DNA from: Anaerolineae bacterium
GTDB lineage: Bacteria; Chloroflexota; Anaerolineae; UBA1429
Reading direction: 5' to 3'
Assembly: GCA_963675785.1 (NCBI GenBank)
Contig: OY776562.1
Span: 1,504,001-1,568,000, forward strand
DNA: 64,000 nucleotides
Shown here piece by piece: positions 1-10,602 of this stretch (positions are counted from its first letter, which is position 1; the number at the start of each line of letters is the position of its first letter). A model generated the notes under the pieces. That model made no database searches and was not told the DNA's origin. It was given only the letters and a program-made list of their open reading frames with translations. The position numbers were made by a program, and so were the translations under genes.

Positions 1-121
1 AGATTAGGTGGTTTCCATAACCAATCTCCTTTCTTCTGTCAACATTCTTTAGACGTTGATCTAATGTTGAATCATACTGGAACTTATGATCTGCCAATAT
101 CACATCCATCAAACGAAAGAT

Positions 122-150
122 ATTATAGCACACAATAAACTACATGTCAA
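122..150 (-). promoter_or_regulatory. consensus sigma70-type promoter pointing out of the left edge
   Basis: Minus strand TTGACA (150-145), 17-nt spacer, TATAAT (127-122), with TG just upstream of -10; RBS GAAAGGAG near 26-33. Confidence 0.7.
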
Positions 151-276
151 TATCAGTAACCATGATATTTGACAATCTTACAACTATAAAACAGGAAAAA
201 ACAAGTGCCAGTGGCTTATTATAGGTATTTTTGAATGCGGAGGCTCAAAACACCTGGGGTTCATATGACAGAATAA

Positions 277-307
277 ACCACCCTGCCACTTGGTCTGACA
301 GGGTGGT
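277..307 (-). terminator. probable intrinsic terminator of the ABC operon
   Basis: ACCACCCTG...CAGGGTGGT stem just downstream of the stop at 314, followed by TTTATT on the minus strand. Confidence 0.55.
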
Positions 308-313
308 CAAAAT

Positions 314-1075
314 CTAGTGAAGGATCTTGCTCAAAAACTCGCGGGTGCGCTGTTCGCGGGGATTATCATAGAGCTCCTCGGGTGTGGTGTCTTCGACGAT
401 GGTGCCGCCATCCATAAAAAGCACGCGATCGGCAGCATTGCGGGCAAAACCCATCTCGTGACTGACTACCACCATGGTCATGCCCTCTTTGGCAAGCTGG
501 AGCATGACGTCCAGCACTTCTTTGATCATCTCGGGATCGAGTGCACTGGTGGGTTCGTCAAAGAGCATGATCTGGGGACGCATCGCCAGAGCACGAGCGA
601 TAGCCACACGCTGTTGCTGCCCACCAGAGAGCTGGCCCGGGTAGGCTTCCGCCTTTTCGTGAATACCCACCTTGTCCAGCAGGTCGCGCGCAATGGATTC
701 GGCCTCAGCGCGACTCTGCTTGCGTACCACACGCGGCGCCAAAGTAATATTGTCCATCACACTAAGGTGCGGGAACAGGTTAAACTGCTGAAAGACCATG
801 CCGGTCTCCATGCGCACCCTGTTAATATTCTCGGCCTCGGTAAGGGGCACGCCATCCACCACGATCTCGCCCGAATCTGGCACCTCGAGGTGGTTGATGC
901 AGCGCAGCATGGTGCTCTTGCCCGTGCCGCTGGGCCCAATGACCACCACCACTTCGCCGCGGCTGATGGTCGTAGTGACGTTGTCCAGAGCGACAATGCG
1001 CCCGTGGTTGAATGTCTTGGATAGATTGCGAATCTGAATGATGGGATCAGCAGCCGGAGCGGCTATTGTTGTCAT
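314..1075 (-). CDS. glnQ: polar amino acid ABC transporter ATP-binding protein
   Basis: Walker A GPSGTGKS, signature [15 protein letters not shown], Walker [22 protein letters not shown]. Confidence 0.93.
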   Translation of the reverse strand: MTTIAAPAADPIIQIRNLSKTFNHGRIVALDNVTTTISRGEVVVVIGPSGTGKSTMLRCINHLEVPDSGEIVVDGVPLTEAENINRVRMETGMVFQQFNLFPHLSVMDNITLAPRVVRKQSRAEAESIARDLLDKVGIHEKAEAYPGQLSGGQQQRVAIARALAMRPQIMLFDEPTSALDPEMIKEVLDVMLQLAKEGMTMVVVSHEMGFARNAADRVLFMDGGTIVEDTTPEELYDNPREQRTREFLSKILH

Positions 1076-1093
1076 GATTTGCCTCCTCTCGGC

Positions 1094-2494
1094 CTAGCGC
1101 TCTGCCTTGGAGCGCGATTCGATATACTCGACGATTCGTGAAGCGAACAATGTCAGCACCAGATAGCACAAGGCCACCAAAATCCAGGTCTCAAAGCTGA
1201 GAAAGGTGCGCGACATGTATTCGCGTCCGCGACGGGTGAGATCGGATACGGCCAACACCGATACCAGGGTCGAGTCCTTGAGCAGAGCGACGAACTCGTT
1301 GCCCACCGGCGGCAGGATGACACGAATAGCCTGGGGCAGGACGATGTAGCGCATAGCCTGAAAACTGGACATGCCCAGGGAGCGAGCGGCTTCCAACTGG
1401 CCTGAATGGATACTGGCGATGCCGGCACGAAAGACCTCACTGCCGTAAGCGCCGTAGCAGATGGTCAAACCGACCACCGCAGCCGTAAAGGCATCGAGCC
1501 GCAGCTCAAGAAAATAGTTGGCAGCGCCCTCTAGCGAGGGTGATATGGCCAACAGAGCATTGCCAATGCCATCGAACACCTGCGGTAGTGCGTACCAGAT
1601 GAACAACAACTGGACGAGCAAAGGAATGCCGCGGATGACCTCGACATAGAGTGAAGAGATGCCATAAATGACGGAATTCTTGCTGAGCCGCCCCAGGCCG
1701 CCCAACAAGCTGACCACCAAAATAAAGGCAAAAGAGACGACCACCAGCTTGAGCGTAACAACGATGCCATCCGAGATGAACAACCAGATATCATAATAGG
1801 GATGCGGCATAAAGCGAGCCAGCAGCCAGATGGTAAGAGCTGCCACAAAGACCAGCACCCACCAGCTAAAGACCTTGCGATTGGTAAGACGCGGCAAATA
1901 GAACAGTGCAGCAGCGGCAGTTAGGACGGCACCGGCCAACCAGATGTAGAAAGAGGGCGTGGGAGCCAGGCGACCATCCAGTGGCAGCAGGTCCATGTTG
2001 AAATCGATGGTTTCGAGCCAGGCAAAGGGCACGGCCAACAAAGCCAGCAGCGCAAGATAGACCGCCGGCTGAATCAGCTTGTGGGGAAAGGGCACCCCTT
2101 GAAATACCGCCCTGGCCGTAGGAATACCAATGAGCAGTCCGGCGGCAAGCGGCACCAGCAGCCACAACATAAAGCTCCAAAGCTGCAGGACCTGTGAACT
2201 GATGACTGCCTGAACAAACCAGGTGAGCGGCGCCCCCCAATGGCCGCGCACGGCAGCCACCACGATGGAAAGACGTTTGAGGCTCTCGCCCACTGTCGGT
2301 GCTTCGTCTTGCTCATAGTGCTGATTGTGCACCAGCACGTCATAGGTGCTGCTTATCACGGTATCGTCGCTAAAATGCGAGATAGCCCGAGTTACGCGAT
2401 CGGGGAAAACGGGCAGCAGCATACCCACAAGCAACAGAACACAACCTGCAAGCAAGAATTTGAGCTGCCATGGAGCCGGCCGAGTCTCATCCAT
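1094..2494 (-). CDS. polar amino acid ABC transporter permease with long N-terminal membrane extension
   Basis: C-terminal RGIPLLVQL, AYGSEVFRAGI, EAARSLGMS, LPPVGNEFVALLKDS; start placed at the ATG after RBS AGGAG (2494). Confidence 0.88.
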   Translation of the reverse strand: MDETRPAPWQLKFLLAGCVLLLVGMLLPVFPDRVTRAISHFSDDTVISSTYDVLVHNQHYEQDEAPTVGESLKRLSIVVAAVRGHWGAPLTWFVQAVISSQVLQLWSFMLWLLVPLAAGLLIGIPTARAVFQGVPFPHKLIQPAVYLALLALLAVPFAWLETIDFNMDLLPLDGRLAPTPSFYIWLAGAVLTAAAALFYLPRLTNRKVFSWWVLVFVAALTIWLLARFMPHPYYDIWLFISDGIVVTLKLVVVSFAFILVVSLLGGLGRLSKNSVIYGISSLYVEVIRGIPLLVQLLFIWYALPQVFDGIGNALLAISPSLEGAANYFLELRLDAFTAAVVGLTICYGAYGSEVFRAGIASIHSGQLEAARSLGMSSFQAMRYIVLPQAIRVILPPVGNEFVALLKDSTLVSVLAVSDLTRRGREYMSRTFLSFETWILVALCYLVLTLFASRIVEYIESRSKAER

Positions 2495-2622
2495 AGAACT
2501 ACTCCTAAAGCGAACGGGGCCAGGTGGACGCCGAATTCGGCGCATCACCAGGCCCCTTTGCTTGATGCTTTTCACAACACCCGATTTAGCACATGAACGC
2601 TACATACGGGCAATAACCAAGA

Positions 2623-3384
2623 TCAGACGGGCATCCACTTGTTATAGATCTCTTCGTAGGTGCCGTTGTCCTTGAGAATCTGCAACCCCTCGTTGAACAT
2701 CTCCAAGAACTCGGCATCCTCGCCCTTGCGGACGAGCGCACCAAAGAACTCGTCAGTGATCATGTCACCAACAACTGTGAGCTTGCCAGAGAACTCTTCA
2801 GAGGAGAGGGCAAAGTCCACGGCCACGGGCATATCACAGATGACGGCGTCGACGTTACCATTGACCAGGTCAAGCAAGGCCAGATCGACGTTGTCGTATT
2901 CCTTGAGCTCGGCAGTGGTCATATCCGTTACAGCAAAAGCACCCGTGGTGCCAATCTGGGCGCCCACAACCATGCCTTCCACCAAATCCTGAACACCTGT
3001 AATATTCGTCTCTTCGGTACGAATGACGACAGACTGACCGGCGTTGATGTAGGGATCGGTGAAATCGTACAGTTCCTGGCGATCTTCGCGGATGGTCACA
3101 GCCGACATGACAACGTCATAGTCGCCCGCTTCGAGACCAGCGAAAATGCCATCCCAAGCCGTGTTCTTGAACTCGACCGTAAAGCCCATCTCATCAGCGA
3201 TGGCGTTCATGAGGTCGATGTCGAATCCGACGATTTCTTTGTCATCATCGACGTACTCGAACGGAGGCCAGGCGGCGTCGCAAGCGACGATGTAGGTGTC
3301 GTTGGATGCAGACTTGCTGCAACCAGTGAGGACGGTGCTGGCAAGCAAGAGTGCTACCAACACAAGCGCAACGGTTCGTTTCAT
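2623..3384 (-). CDS. amino acid ABC transporter substrate-binding lipoprotein (SBP family 3)
   Basis: Lipobox LTGC, DAAWPPFEY, GFDIDL, GAQIGTTG; start MKRTVAL at 3384. Confidence 0.92.
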   Translation of the reverse strand: MKRTVALVLVALLLASTVLTGCSKSASNDTYIVACDAAWPPFEYVDDDKEIVGFDIDLMNAIADEMGFTVEFKNTAWDGIFAGLEAGDYDVVMSAVTIREDRQELYDFTDPYINAGQSVVIRTEETNITGVQDLVEGMVVGAQIGTTGAFAVTDMTTAELKEYDNVDLALLDLVNGNVDAVICDMPVAVDFALSSEEFSGKLTVVGDMITDEFFGALVRKGEDAEFLEMFNEGLQILKDNGTYEEIYNKWMPV

Positions 3385-3620
3385 GAGGTCTTCCCCCTGT
3401 GCAAAATAGTGCATCTGACGACAAAGTACATCGTCATGATGCGAACAGCACACTGCATCTTCATCGACGGGTAGGGCCTCCGGGCAGGAGGATACCGTTT
3501 CCCAGGCAGCATTGACCGGGAAGACCAGGGCCATATTGACTGATTCGCAGATTATACGCGCGTTGGCCTTCAAGAGGCAAACTGTTAAGCGAGAGCGTAA
3601 AGAGGCCTCAGCCGCCAAAC

Positions 3621-5210
3621 TTAGCGATCAACGCAATAGACGATGCCATCGCCCAGTCGGGCAAGGGGCTCAATGTTGACGATAGTTTGCAGCTCGGCAG
3701 GGGTGTAGAGATAGCTACGGCCAGCGTTGTCGAACCATACGAGCAGAGCTGGCGAGCTCTCTGGCCAAGTATTGGCAAGTTCATCCAAGGTATTGAGCAC
3801 CAGTGAAGATCGCCCCGCAGTTTCCTTTGGGCTAAATAACGTAGGACGATCCGCCAAGATATATGTTACATCAGGCGCGTTGGAAAAGGTTGGTCCGTCA
3901 AAAGAGAGCGACCGCAGATAGGCGACGGTCTCACTGGTCTGCCAGGAATCGGTTGCATATCCCCCCGCGCCTTCAGTAAGACACTTGGTCAGCCGATATC
4001 CCGAGACTATCCCGCCATAGAGAATAAAGACCACGACAAAGAGCGTCAGCGGCAAATGCCGTAGCCAGGTTCTCCCCTGCCAGCGTTGAGCGAGCCGAGC
4101 CATCAACACAAGCACGAGCCAAAGCAATGGCACGAATAGAGGTGACATCAGTCGCGAATCGATGACATCAATGGCCGCAGTGCTGGCACTGATGACGAGA
4201 AACAGGCCATAGATACAAGCGAACAACAAGGCAGAAAACGTCTCGTGCTGTAAAAGATGCACAGCACAATGTAACAAGGTGCCGCGCAACGCCCTATGCC
4301 GAGCCCATCGAACGAGCAGTATGACGGCAGCAGCAAGCCCTGCAGCCAATGCACCCACCGCCAGAGCCAGAGATATCTGAGGAAAGAGTTTGTAGGGCGT
4401 GATCCAGGAGACGAGCGCAGTAAAGGCTAACACGAGATTACACCCCAAACCATCGACCGAGGGAGCCCTACTGCCCATGAAAGAACCACACACAATCCAA
4501 TTCCGCCAGAGCCAAAGGGCCAACGGCAGAGCCGCCGCAAGAGAGAACAGCACACCCTGGCGCATCCGTACCATCCAACGCTGGCGGTCATCAAGCAGGA
4601 CGAGCACCAAGCCAGTGGCGATGAGGGTAACACCAATATAGCGCGTAAGAGCTGCCAGCGCCGCCACGATACACATACTCACCAGGGAACCCCATCCAGC
4701 GAAGCGTCGCCAACGTTGGGCAAACAGCAGAAAAAGCACCACCCACAGGATGAATAGCAGCTCGCTCAAGGCCATGCGTGAAACCGACAAGAGAGGCTCG
4801 GCGAGGACCAGAGCAATCGAACCGAACAAAGCAAATGGGCGTCCCCCGCATTCTGAACGGACGAACAGCAACGAGCCCGTCCCCGCAATCAGCCCAAAAA
4901 GCAAGGTATTCACCCATGCCGCGGAGTACAGTGGATCTACGCCAGTGAGCCAGTAGACCGCGGCCAGCAGGGCGGGATAGAGCGGCGGCCAGTTGACCAT
5001 GGGCTCGCCCAGATACGTGGTCAGGGTACCATCCGTAACCAAACTGCGGGCCGCGCTGATATAGCCCACCGAATCGGAAGAGAGGCCCGCCCCATAGCGA
5101 CTGGTAGCCAGCAAAACCAGGGCGCAACCAAGCAGGCCCGTGCAAACTGGCAGCAGCCAATCGTGTCGGTGGTGCATACAAGTATCGGAGAGGGGTATTT
5201 CCATGCCCAT
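3621..5210 (-). CDS. ArnT/PMT-like (GT-C) membrane glycosyltransferase
   Basis: Many TM helices; DSVGY, WPPLYP, SE and LTRYIG motifs. Confidence 0.75.
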   Translation of the reverse strand: MGMEIPLSDTCMHHRHDWLLPVCTGLLGCALVLLATSRYGAGLSSDSVGYISAARSLVTDGTLTTYLGEPMVNWPPLYPALLAAVYWLTGVDPLYSAAWVNTLLFGLIAGTGSLLFVRSECGGRPFALFGSIALVLAEPLLSVSRMALSELLFILWVVLFLLFAQRWRRFAGWGSLVSMCIVAALAALTRYIGVTLIATGLVLVLLDDRQRWMVRMRQGVLFSLAAALPLALWLWRNWIVCGSFMGSRAPSVDGLGCNLVLAFTALVSWITPYKLFPQISLALAVGALAAGLAAAVILLVRWARHRALRGTLLHCAVHLLQHETFSALLFACIYGLFLVISASTAAIDVIDSRLMSPLFVPLLWLVLVLMARLAQRWQGRTWLRHLPLTLFVVVFILYGGIVSGYRLTKCLTEGAGGYATDSWQTSETVAYLRSLSFDGPTFSNAPDVTYILADRPTLFSPKETAGRSSLVLNTLDELANTWPESSPALLVWFDNAGRSYLYTPAELQTIVNIEPLARLGDGIVYCVDR

Positions 5211-5302
5211 TACAGCAAAACAACCGGCAGAATGAGGCGCGAGACGTGCGCGATATCGTAAAAACTGGTACTACCTCGCTCGATGATGTAGGTTTTGTTC
5301 AT
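5210..5302 (-). CDS. 30-aa small ORF translationally coupled to the glycosyltransferase
   Basis: RBS GGAGG before ATG 5302; MNKTYIIERGSTSFYDIAHVSRLILPVVLL; stop overlaps next ATG (TAATG). Confidence 0.45.
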   Translation of the reverse strand: MNKTYIIERGSTSFYDIAHVSRLILPVVLL

Positions 5303-5608
5303 GAGGGCCCTCCGTATGTGCTGCGGGTATGTTAGCGCGAGGTGCGGTGAGGGGTCAAGAGGAATAACGCGGCAAACTGAAATCCATCACTGAAACAAAA
5401 CACGACAGAGGGTTTTAACCCCACGAGCACTATGGACACCCAACCCTACCAGTACACGCGCACAAACCCTCTGAACGCAGCATTACCCGACAAGCCTGTG
5501 GAACACGTCCGGATGGACCGAGTTATCGCCGTCGTGGCCTCCGGGGTTTGCCAGCTTATCCATTAATAAGCAGTTGGGCTTCTTTAAAGAGACGTACAAG
5601 CGCTAGAT

Positions 5609-5797
5609 CTACTTTTGCTTTACCGCATCAATAACTCTTATAAAAGCACCGCAAACGGCACCGAGAAAAGACATCGCCATTCCCAACAAAATATAACGAT
5701 TATCCGTTACCATGTATCCCCATAAAGCGAACATGCCAAGTACTACCAAAAAGTGGATGAATATCTTGTGACTCAATACAGAACGAAGCGTCTTCAT
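5609..5797 (-). CDS. small two-TM membrane protein
   Basis: 62 aa, two hydrophobic segments, low GC, GGGGGT RBS. Confidence 0.6.
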   Translation of the reverse strand: MKTLRSVLSHKIFIHFLVVLGMFALWGYMVTDNRYILLGMAMSFLGAVCGAFIRVIDAVKQK

Positions 5798-6071
5798 CTC
5801 GATACCCCCAAAATTACCAGCCTGACAAATACTCTTCCCCGATTAGCTCGTATCATCCACAATTCATTGTGATTAACCCGAGTTGATATGTCAACAGAGT
5901 CTCTCAAAACCTGCTTTACCTATCGAAAAGCAAACACGCCTTACGGCAAAAAAAGGCCTCTGGAAGCATCATGATGCATACCACCCTTTTGGGGGACGCG
6001 TTTGGGGTGCATTTTTAGAAGTGAACTTTCATCACTAATACGACATAGTTACCAATCTGTTCGTATTCCCA

Positions 6072-6551
6072 TTACTCTGTGTGAAGATCACTTTTCGCAA
6101 TTAGGATTATTGCATCTAGAGCGTCGCGATAAGCTTTATAATTCTCATTGTATGCGCTCCATAAATCCTTCTCCCAATCAGGATCGGGGCGTTCTATAAG
6201 TGTTTTGATGACTTGGCTGGCATCTTCTCGAACATAATAGTTGCCGGCATAATACGCCTTCTTGACTCTACGAATAGCCTGGCGCCAAAGGATATCCACC
6301 TTCTTATCTGATTCAGGTTCATCTGCCGAGCTCAAACACCTCGCCTGTTCGACTTCGCAATACTCCAAAAGATCAGTCAGCGCTTCCACAATAGCATCAT
6401 AGGCTTGTGCTCTACGCTCCCATCTTTTCTCAGAATAGAATTGGCGAAGGCCAGATCTAACAGCGAAAAATGAACCTATACCTGCAGAAATAATGCCGAG
6501 AAGAAAAGTAATTCCGAATTCAGCTGCTGTTTGAAAGGATCCCGTCGGCAT
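6072..6551 (-). CDS. hypothetical protein with N-terminal TM helix
   Basis: RBS AAGGAG, low GC, 159 aa helical. Confidence 0.7.
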   Translation of the reverse strand: MPTGSFQTAAEFGITFLLGIISAGIGSFFAVRSGLRQFYSEKRWERRAQAYDAIVEALTDLLEYCEVEQARCLSSADEPESDKKVDILWRQAIRRVKKAYYAGNYYVREDASQVIKTLIERPDPDWEKDLWSAYNENYKAYRDALDAIILIAKSDLHTE

Positions 6552-6622
6552 GGTCTCTCCTTAACGAATTCAAGACCTTGGAGCAATAGGCAACTACAAA
6601 AGAGCATTCTACCAAAACCTCC

Positions 6623-7186
6623 CTACGCCCCCACCCCTCGCCCCAGCGCATACGCCGCCTCAATCGCCTCTGGCTTGGCCATCAAATCATCCAGACAATC
6701 CACCTCCGTCACCGAAAGGCTACCCACGGGCGTAATACCCAAGTGCCCGTAATAATGCGCGATAGAGGCGATGATATGCTGATTCTCTCCCTCAGAGGAG
6801 CCAGCCCGCAAAGCAATAGCCAGCCCCACCTTGCCCGCAGGCACCAGTGGATGATTGGGGTTCGTGTTGCAATAGGGCGTGTTGCGGTCAAAAAACACCT
6901 TCAACTGGCCGGTCACGTCGCCCCAATATGAGGGCGAAGCGATGAGCACGATATCAGCGGCCAATAAGTCAGCCATGATGGTATCCATGTCGTCGTGCTG
7001 CACACACTGGCCGCCCGGCTGGTAGCAGGCCTTGCAGCCGCGGCAATAGGCGATGTGCGCCTTTCCCAAACAGTAGCGGCTCACCTCGTTCACCCCACCA
7101 TCGCGCAGGCCAGCAATCGCCTGATCAACCAGGTGTGCCGTGCTGCCGTTATCGCGGGCACTGCCGTTGATACAAATTGCGCGCAT
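6623..7186 (-). CDS. flavodoxin family / iron-sulfur flavoprotein (FMN reductase-like)
   Basis: GSAR..GST, CxGCxxC...C, ASPSYWG..TGQLKVFFDR. Confidence 0.9.
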   Translation of the reverse strand: MRAICINGSARDNGSTAHLVDQAIAGLRDGGVNEVSRYCLGKAHIAYCRGCKACYQPGGQCVQHDDMDTIMADLLAADIVLIASPSYWGDVTGQLKVFFDRNTPYCNTNPNHPLVPAGKVGLAIALRAGSSEGENQHIIASIAHYYGHLGITPVGSLSVTEVDCLDDLMAKPEAIEAAYALGRGVGA

Positions 7187-7230
7187 AAAACCCTCCCGAG
7201 GTTACGTTGACTCCCCCACAAAAAGCCGTT

Positions 7231-8589
7231 TCACAATCGGGCTGGGCTGGGAGCCAGGCGCCCCGGTAGTTCGCCCATACGCTTCACCAACGCTGAGAGC
7301 GAGTGCTCGTAAAAACTGGATAGGCCAAAACGAATCTCGTCGTTGAAGGGATCCACCCAGCGATCCTCGATGCCCTCCAGCCCAAACCACACGCCCAGCA
7401 GAGAACCGGCCGTGGCACCAAAGCTGTCGGTGTCGTTGCCCTGCATCACCTGCAAACACACCCCATGCCCCACATCCGCGGCGTGGTGCAACGTGTTGAT
7501 CAGCGTGCCCACCTCTTGCAGCACCTGGCAGTGGCCGTAATCGCCATAGGCCGCATGAATGGCCATATAGGTTCCCAGCCAGCTTCCCCGGGTTCGCACC
7601 ATTTCCAGGCAGCTAAACACACTCTCGGCAAAGCGGCTGCGCTGAGGGATATACTGGCTGGCGATCTCAAAGGCCTCAATGGGCTGCGAGACGCAGTACA
7701 TGCTGGCAATGGCCGCTGCAATGTACATGGTGGCATAAACCCCGGTACGATTGTGAGTCAGCGAGGCATCGGCAAAGGCCAACTTGGCAGCCAGGTCGGG
7801 CCGACCCGGTGTGGCATAGCCGTAAGCATCGGCGCGAATGGCGGCCCCGCACAGCTCGTCGCCGGGGTTCCACACTGCCGCCCACTCGTCATACACATCC
7901 TCGGAATAATCGTCCCTGTTGTAAGCCAGGCGAGCCAGCGCCATGCGCGCAAAAATCGTGCGCTCGGGGCCAAACACCCAACTCAAGCCCTGATGCTCCT
8001 CCCAGGTGCGCCGCACGCCATCACGAGTCAGATCCAGCCCATAGCGCTCCAGGGCCAACATGCCCAGCACGTCATAGTGCAGGTCATCGTCGGCGGCCAC
8101 GTAATGAATGTGCCCGCGCGTAGTTTCCGCCCACGAGTTGTGCCGCCGCCCCAGCGCCTCCAGAAAATCGACCGTAACGTAATCGTTCAACGGCCACTCG
8201 CCCACGGCTGCGCCAGCGGCTTCCAGCTCAGCCAGGCTGGGAGAAACCTCCAGGGGTTTTCCCAGGATGCAGCCTATCACCGACCCCACAAACCCCGCCT
8301 TGGCCCTTTCCGCAGCTCGACCGAGATCGATTGGCTCTAGCGGCCGGCCCACCAGGCGCATCGGGGCCATCTCGGCTTCCACCTCGTCCCAGCGTATCGG
8401 TTCCACATAGGGCCAATCCGGGCGCAGGGGCAGTTCGGCCAAGCGGTGGGCAAAGGCGTCCAGAACATCGTAACTATCGGGCAACGCCGCCAGCTCTTCT
8501 CGCACCCCCGCCACCTCAACCCCCTGGCGCTCCTTATCGTTAATCGCCTTCCTGAGAATACTACGCAACGTATCGTATTGCAGGAACAT
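7231..8589 (-). CDS. ADP-ribosylglycohydrolase family protein
   Basis: GCILGKP.E, DDDLHY, GAAIRAD, DASLTH, GNDTDSFGATAGS. Confidence 0.88.
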   Translation of the reverse strand: MFLQYDTLRSILRKAINDKERQGVEVAGVREELAALPDSYDVLDAFAHRLAELPLRPDWPYVEPIRWDEVEAEMAPMRLVGRPLEPIDLGRAAERAKAGFVGSVIGCILGKPLEVSPSLAELEAAGAAVGEWPLNDYVTVDFLEALGRRHNSWAETTRGHIHYVAADDDLHYDVLGMLALERYGLDLTRDGVRRTWEEHQGLSWVFGPERTIFARMALARLAYNRDDYSEDVYDEWAAVWNPGDELCGAAIRADAYGYATPGRPDLAAKLAFADASLTHNRTGVYATMYIAAAIASMYCVSQPIEAFEIASQYIPQRSRFAESVFSCLEMVRTRGSWLGTYMAIHAAYGDYGHCQVLQEVGTLINTLHHAADVGHGVCLQVMQGNDTDSFGATAGSLLGVWFGLEGIEDRWVDPFNDEIRFGLSSFYEHSLSALVKRMGELPGRLAPSPARL

Positions 8590-8664
8590 ACTCTCGCTCC
8601 TTGTACTCTAGTTGCAGCGAGCATATCCCAAGCCGCAACACCACGCAAGCCCAAAGCTGTCCAA

Positions 8665-9200
8665 GTATGCCTGCCCGCAGGGCAGATTTTGCTAAGCCTC
8701 TGTCGTGGAGAATCGGTGGCCCGATTCTCCTAAACCGAACCTGCGGTTCGGTCGTTAGCCCTCGGTGCTTGCGCAACGCACACTAGAATCTACACAGCCA
8801 GGGACTGAACGCCGTAGACGGCGTCTGACGTCTCCTGGCTAGGATTAGCGCGTCCTGCGGACGCCTCCGCTCAACACACAGCCTCCGCCAAAGTCGCCTA
8901 TCCTAGGCCCGCACCAGAGGTGCGCCGAGGCGTAGGCGGTCAGACGACCACAAGTCCTAGCCAAAGCAGTACAAAGCCCTGCCCGCAGGGCAGATTTTGC
9001 TAAGCCGAGGGCTTTAGCCCTTGGCCACACGACGAACTAAAAATCTCCGCGCGCACGTCTGTTCTGTCAGCGTGGGGTTTCAACCCCACGCGCCCAGCAG
9101 AACTAAACATCGCAAACGCGCAAGTCCTGGCCAAACATCACCCCATCCTGCCCGCAGGGCAGACCTTGCTGAGCCGAGGGCTTTAGCCCTCGGTTCCCCC
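8665..9200. repeat. composite REP-like hairpin array
   Basis: CTGCCC-GCA-GGGCAG x3, GAGGGCTTTAGCCCT x2, GCGTGGGGTTTCAACCCCACGC, ACCGAACC-TGC-GGTTCGGT, GCGTCC-TGC-GGACGC. Confidence 0.85.
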
Positions 9201-9212
9201 CCCCCACAACAC

Positions 9213-9246
9213 AAAACCCCCGCCCTATAAAGGACGGGGGTTCTTT
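9213..9246 (-). terminator. intrinsic terminator after citrate synthase 1
   Basis: AACCCCCG...CGGGGGTT stem flanked by A/T runs. Confidence 0.6.
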
Positions 9247-9255
9247 CACCTCACC

Positions 9256-10602
9256 TTACCTGCGCTCACCCAACGGCACATAGTTGCGATGCTTCACCAC
9301 GCTCTTGTAGGCCGGACGCATGATCTTACCGCCGACAATGATCTCCTCCAGACGGTGAGCACACCAGCCGGCCACGCGCGATACAGCGAAAAGCGGCGCA
9401 TAGAGATCCGAAGGAATGCCCAGAATGTCATAGACAAAGCCAGAGAAATAGTCCACATTGGCCGAGATCACCTGATCGGTGTGCTTGACCTCATGAAAGA
9501 CCTCGGGCACAAGGCGCTCTACCAGCAAGTAGAGGTCCATCTCGGCGGTACGCCCCTTTTCAGCAGCAAGCTTGATGGCCATGTCGCACAGCAACACAGC
9601 ACGTGGATCGCTGGCGGTGTAAACGGCGTGGCCGAAACCATAGATGAGCCCGCTCTTATCAAAGGCCTCTCCATTGAGCAGCGCCTTGAGGTAATCACGC
9701 ACGGCGTTCTCGTCAGTCCAATCCTCCACACTGGCCTTGAGATCGGCCATCATGCGCGCTCCCGCTAGTGTAGCACCGCCGTGTCTGGGACCTTTGAGCG
9801 AACAAATGGCTGCGGTAACGGCCGAGTACGTGTCCGTGCCAGTGGTCGAGACCACGTGGGTGGTAAAGGTCGAGTTATTGCCGCCACCATGCTCGGCGTG
9901 AATCATCATCATCACATCGAGGGCATGGGCCTCTAGCGTCGTGTATTCGCTGTTATCCCGCGTCAGGTGCAGCAGGTTCTCGGCATGAGAAAGACAGGGA
10001 TCAATCTGGTGGATGACCAGGCTCTGGCCCAAATAATAGTGGCTCTTCACCTGGTAGCCATAGGACGCCATAACCGGCATGCGCGCGAGCAGAGCAATGC
10101 TCTGGCGCACCACATTCTCGACGCTGTTATCGTCGGCATTGTCATCATAGGCATAGAGAGACAGCACGCTGTGGGCCAGCTTGTTCATCAAGTCGGGGCT
10201 GGGCGTACGCATGATGTTGTCTTCCAGCAGGCTGCCGGGCAGCTCATAGTAAGAGGCCAACAGCTTTCTGAACGCTGTCAATTGATCAACAGTCGGGAGT
10301 TGGCCAAAGAGCAGCAGAAAAGCAATCTCTTCAAAGCCCATACGCCCTTCGGCAAAAGCCGCGGTGACCAGGTCTTCCAGATTATAGCCGCGATAGAGGA
10401 GCCTGCCGGGCACGGGCACGGGCTCGCCTTCGTCAATCACGTAACCGTGCACCTCGCCGATCTCTGTAAGGCCCACGAGCACACCGGCTCCGTTATCGTC
10501 GCGAAGGCCGCGCTTGACCTGGTAGAGCGAATAGAGATCGGGCGCAATCTGGTTGTTCTGCCTCACCAATGTAGACAGCTCTTGCATAAAATCAGTCGTC
10601 AT
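9256..10602 (-). CDS. gltA: citrate synthase (copy 1)
   Basis: LLYRGY, HAEHGGGNNSTF, GPRHGGA, GFGHAVY..DPR, NVDYFSG, SRVAGWCAH. Confidence 0.92.
   Translation of the reverse strand: MTTDFMQELSTLVRQNNQIAPDLYSLYQVKRGLRDDNGAGVLVGLTEIGEVHGYVIDEGEPVPVPGRLLYRGYNLEDLVTAAFAEGRMGFEEIAFLLLFGQLPTVDQLTAFRKLLASYYELPGSLLEDNIMRTPSPDLMNKLAHSVLSLYAYDDNADDNSVENVVRQSIALLARMPVMASYGYQVKSHYYLGQSLVIHQIDPCLSHAENLLHLTRDNSEYTTLEAHALDVMMMIHAEHGGGNNSTFTTHVVSTTGTDTYSAVTAAICSLKGPRHGGATLAGARMMADLKASVEDWTDENAVRDYLKALLNGEAFDKSGLIYGFGHAVYTASDPRAVLLCDMAIKLAAEKGRTAEMDLYLLVERLVPEVFHEVKHTDQVISANVDYFSGFVYDILGIPSDLYAPLFAVSRVAGWCAHRLEEIIVGGKIMRPAYKSVVKHRNYVPLGERR

Noticed and set aside
1-33. Gene start after RBS GAAAGGAG at the left edge
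   Set aside because: The ATG at 18 reads METT then stop; cannot be interpreted without sequence beyond the window
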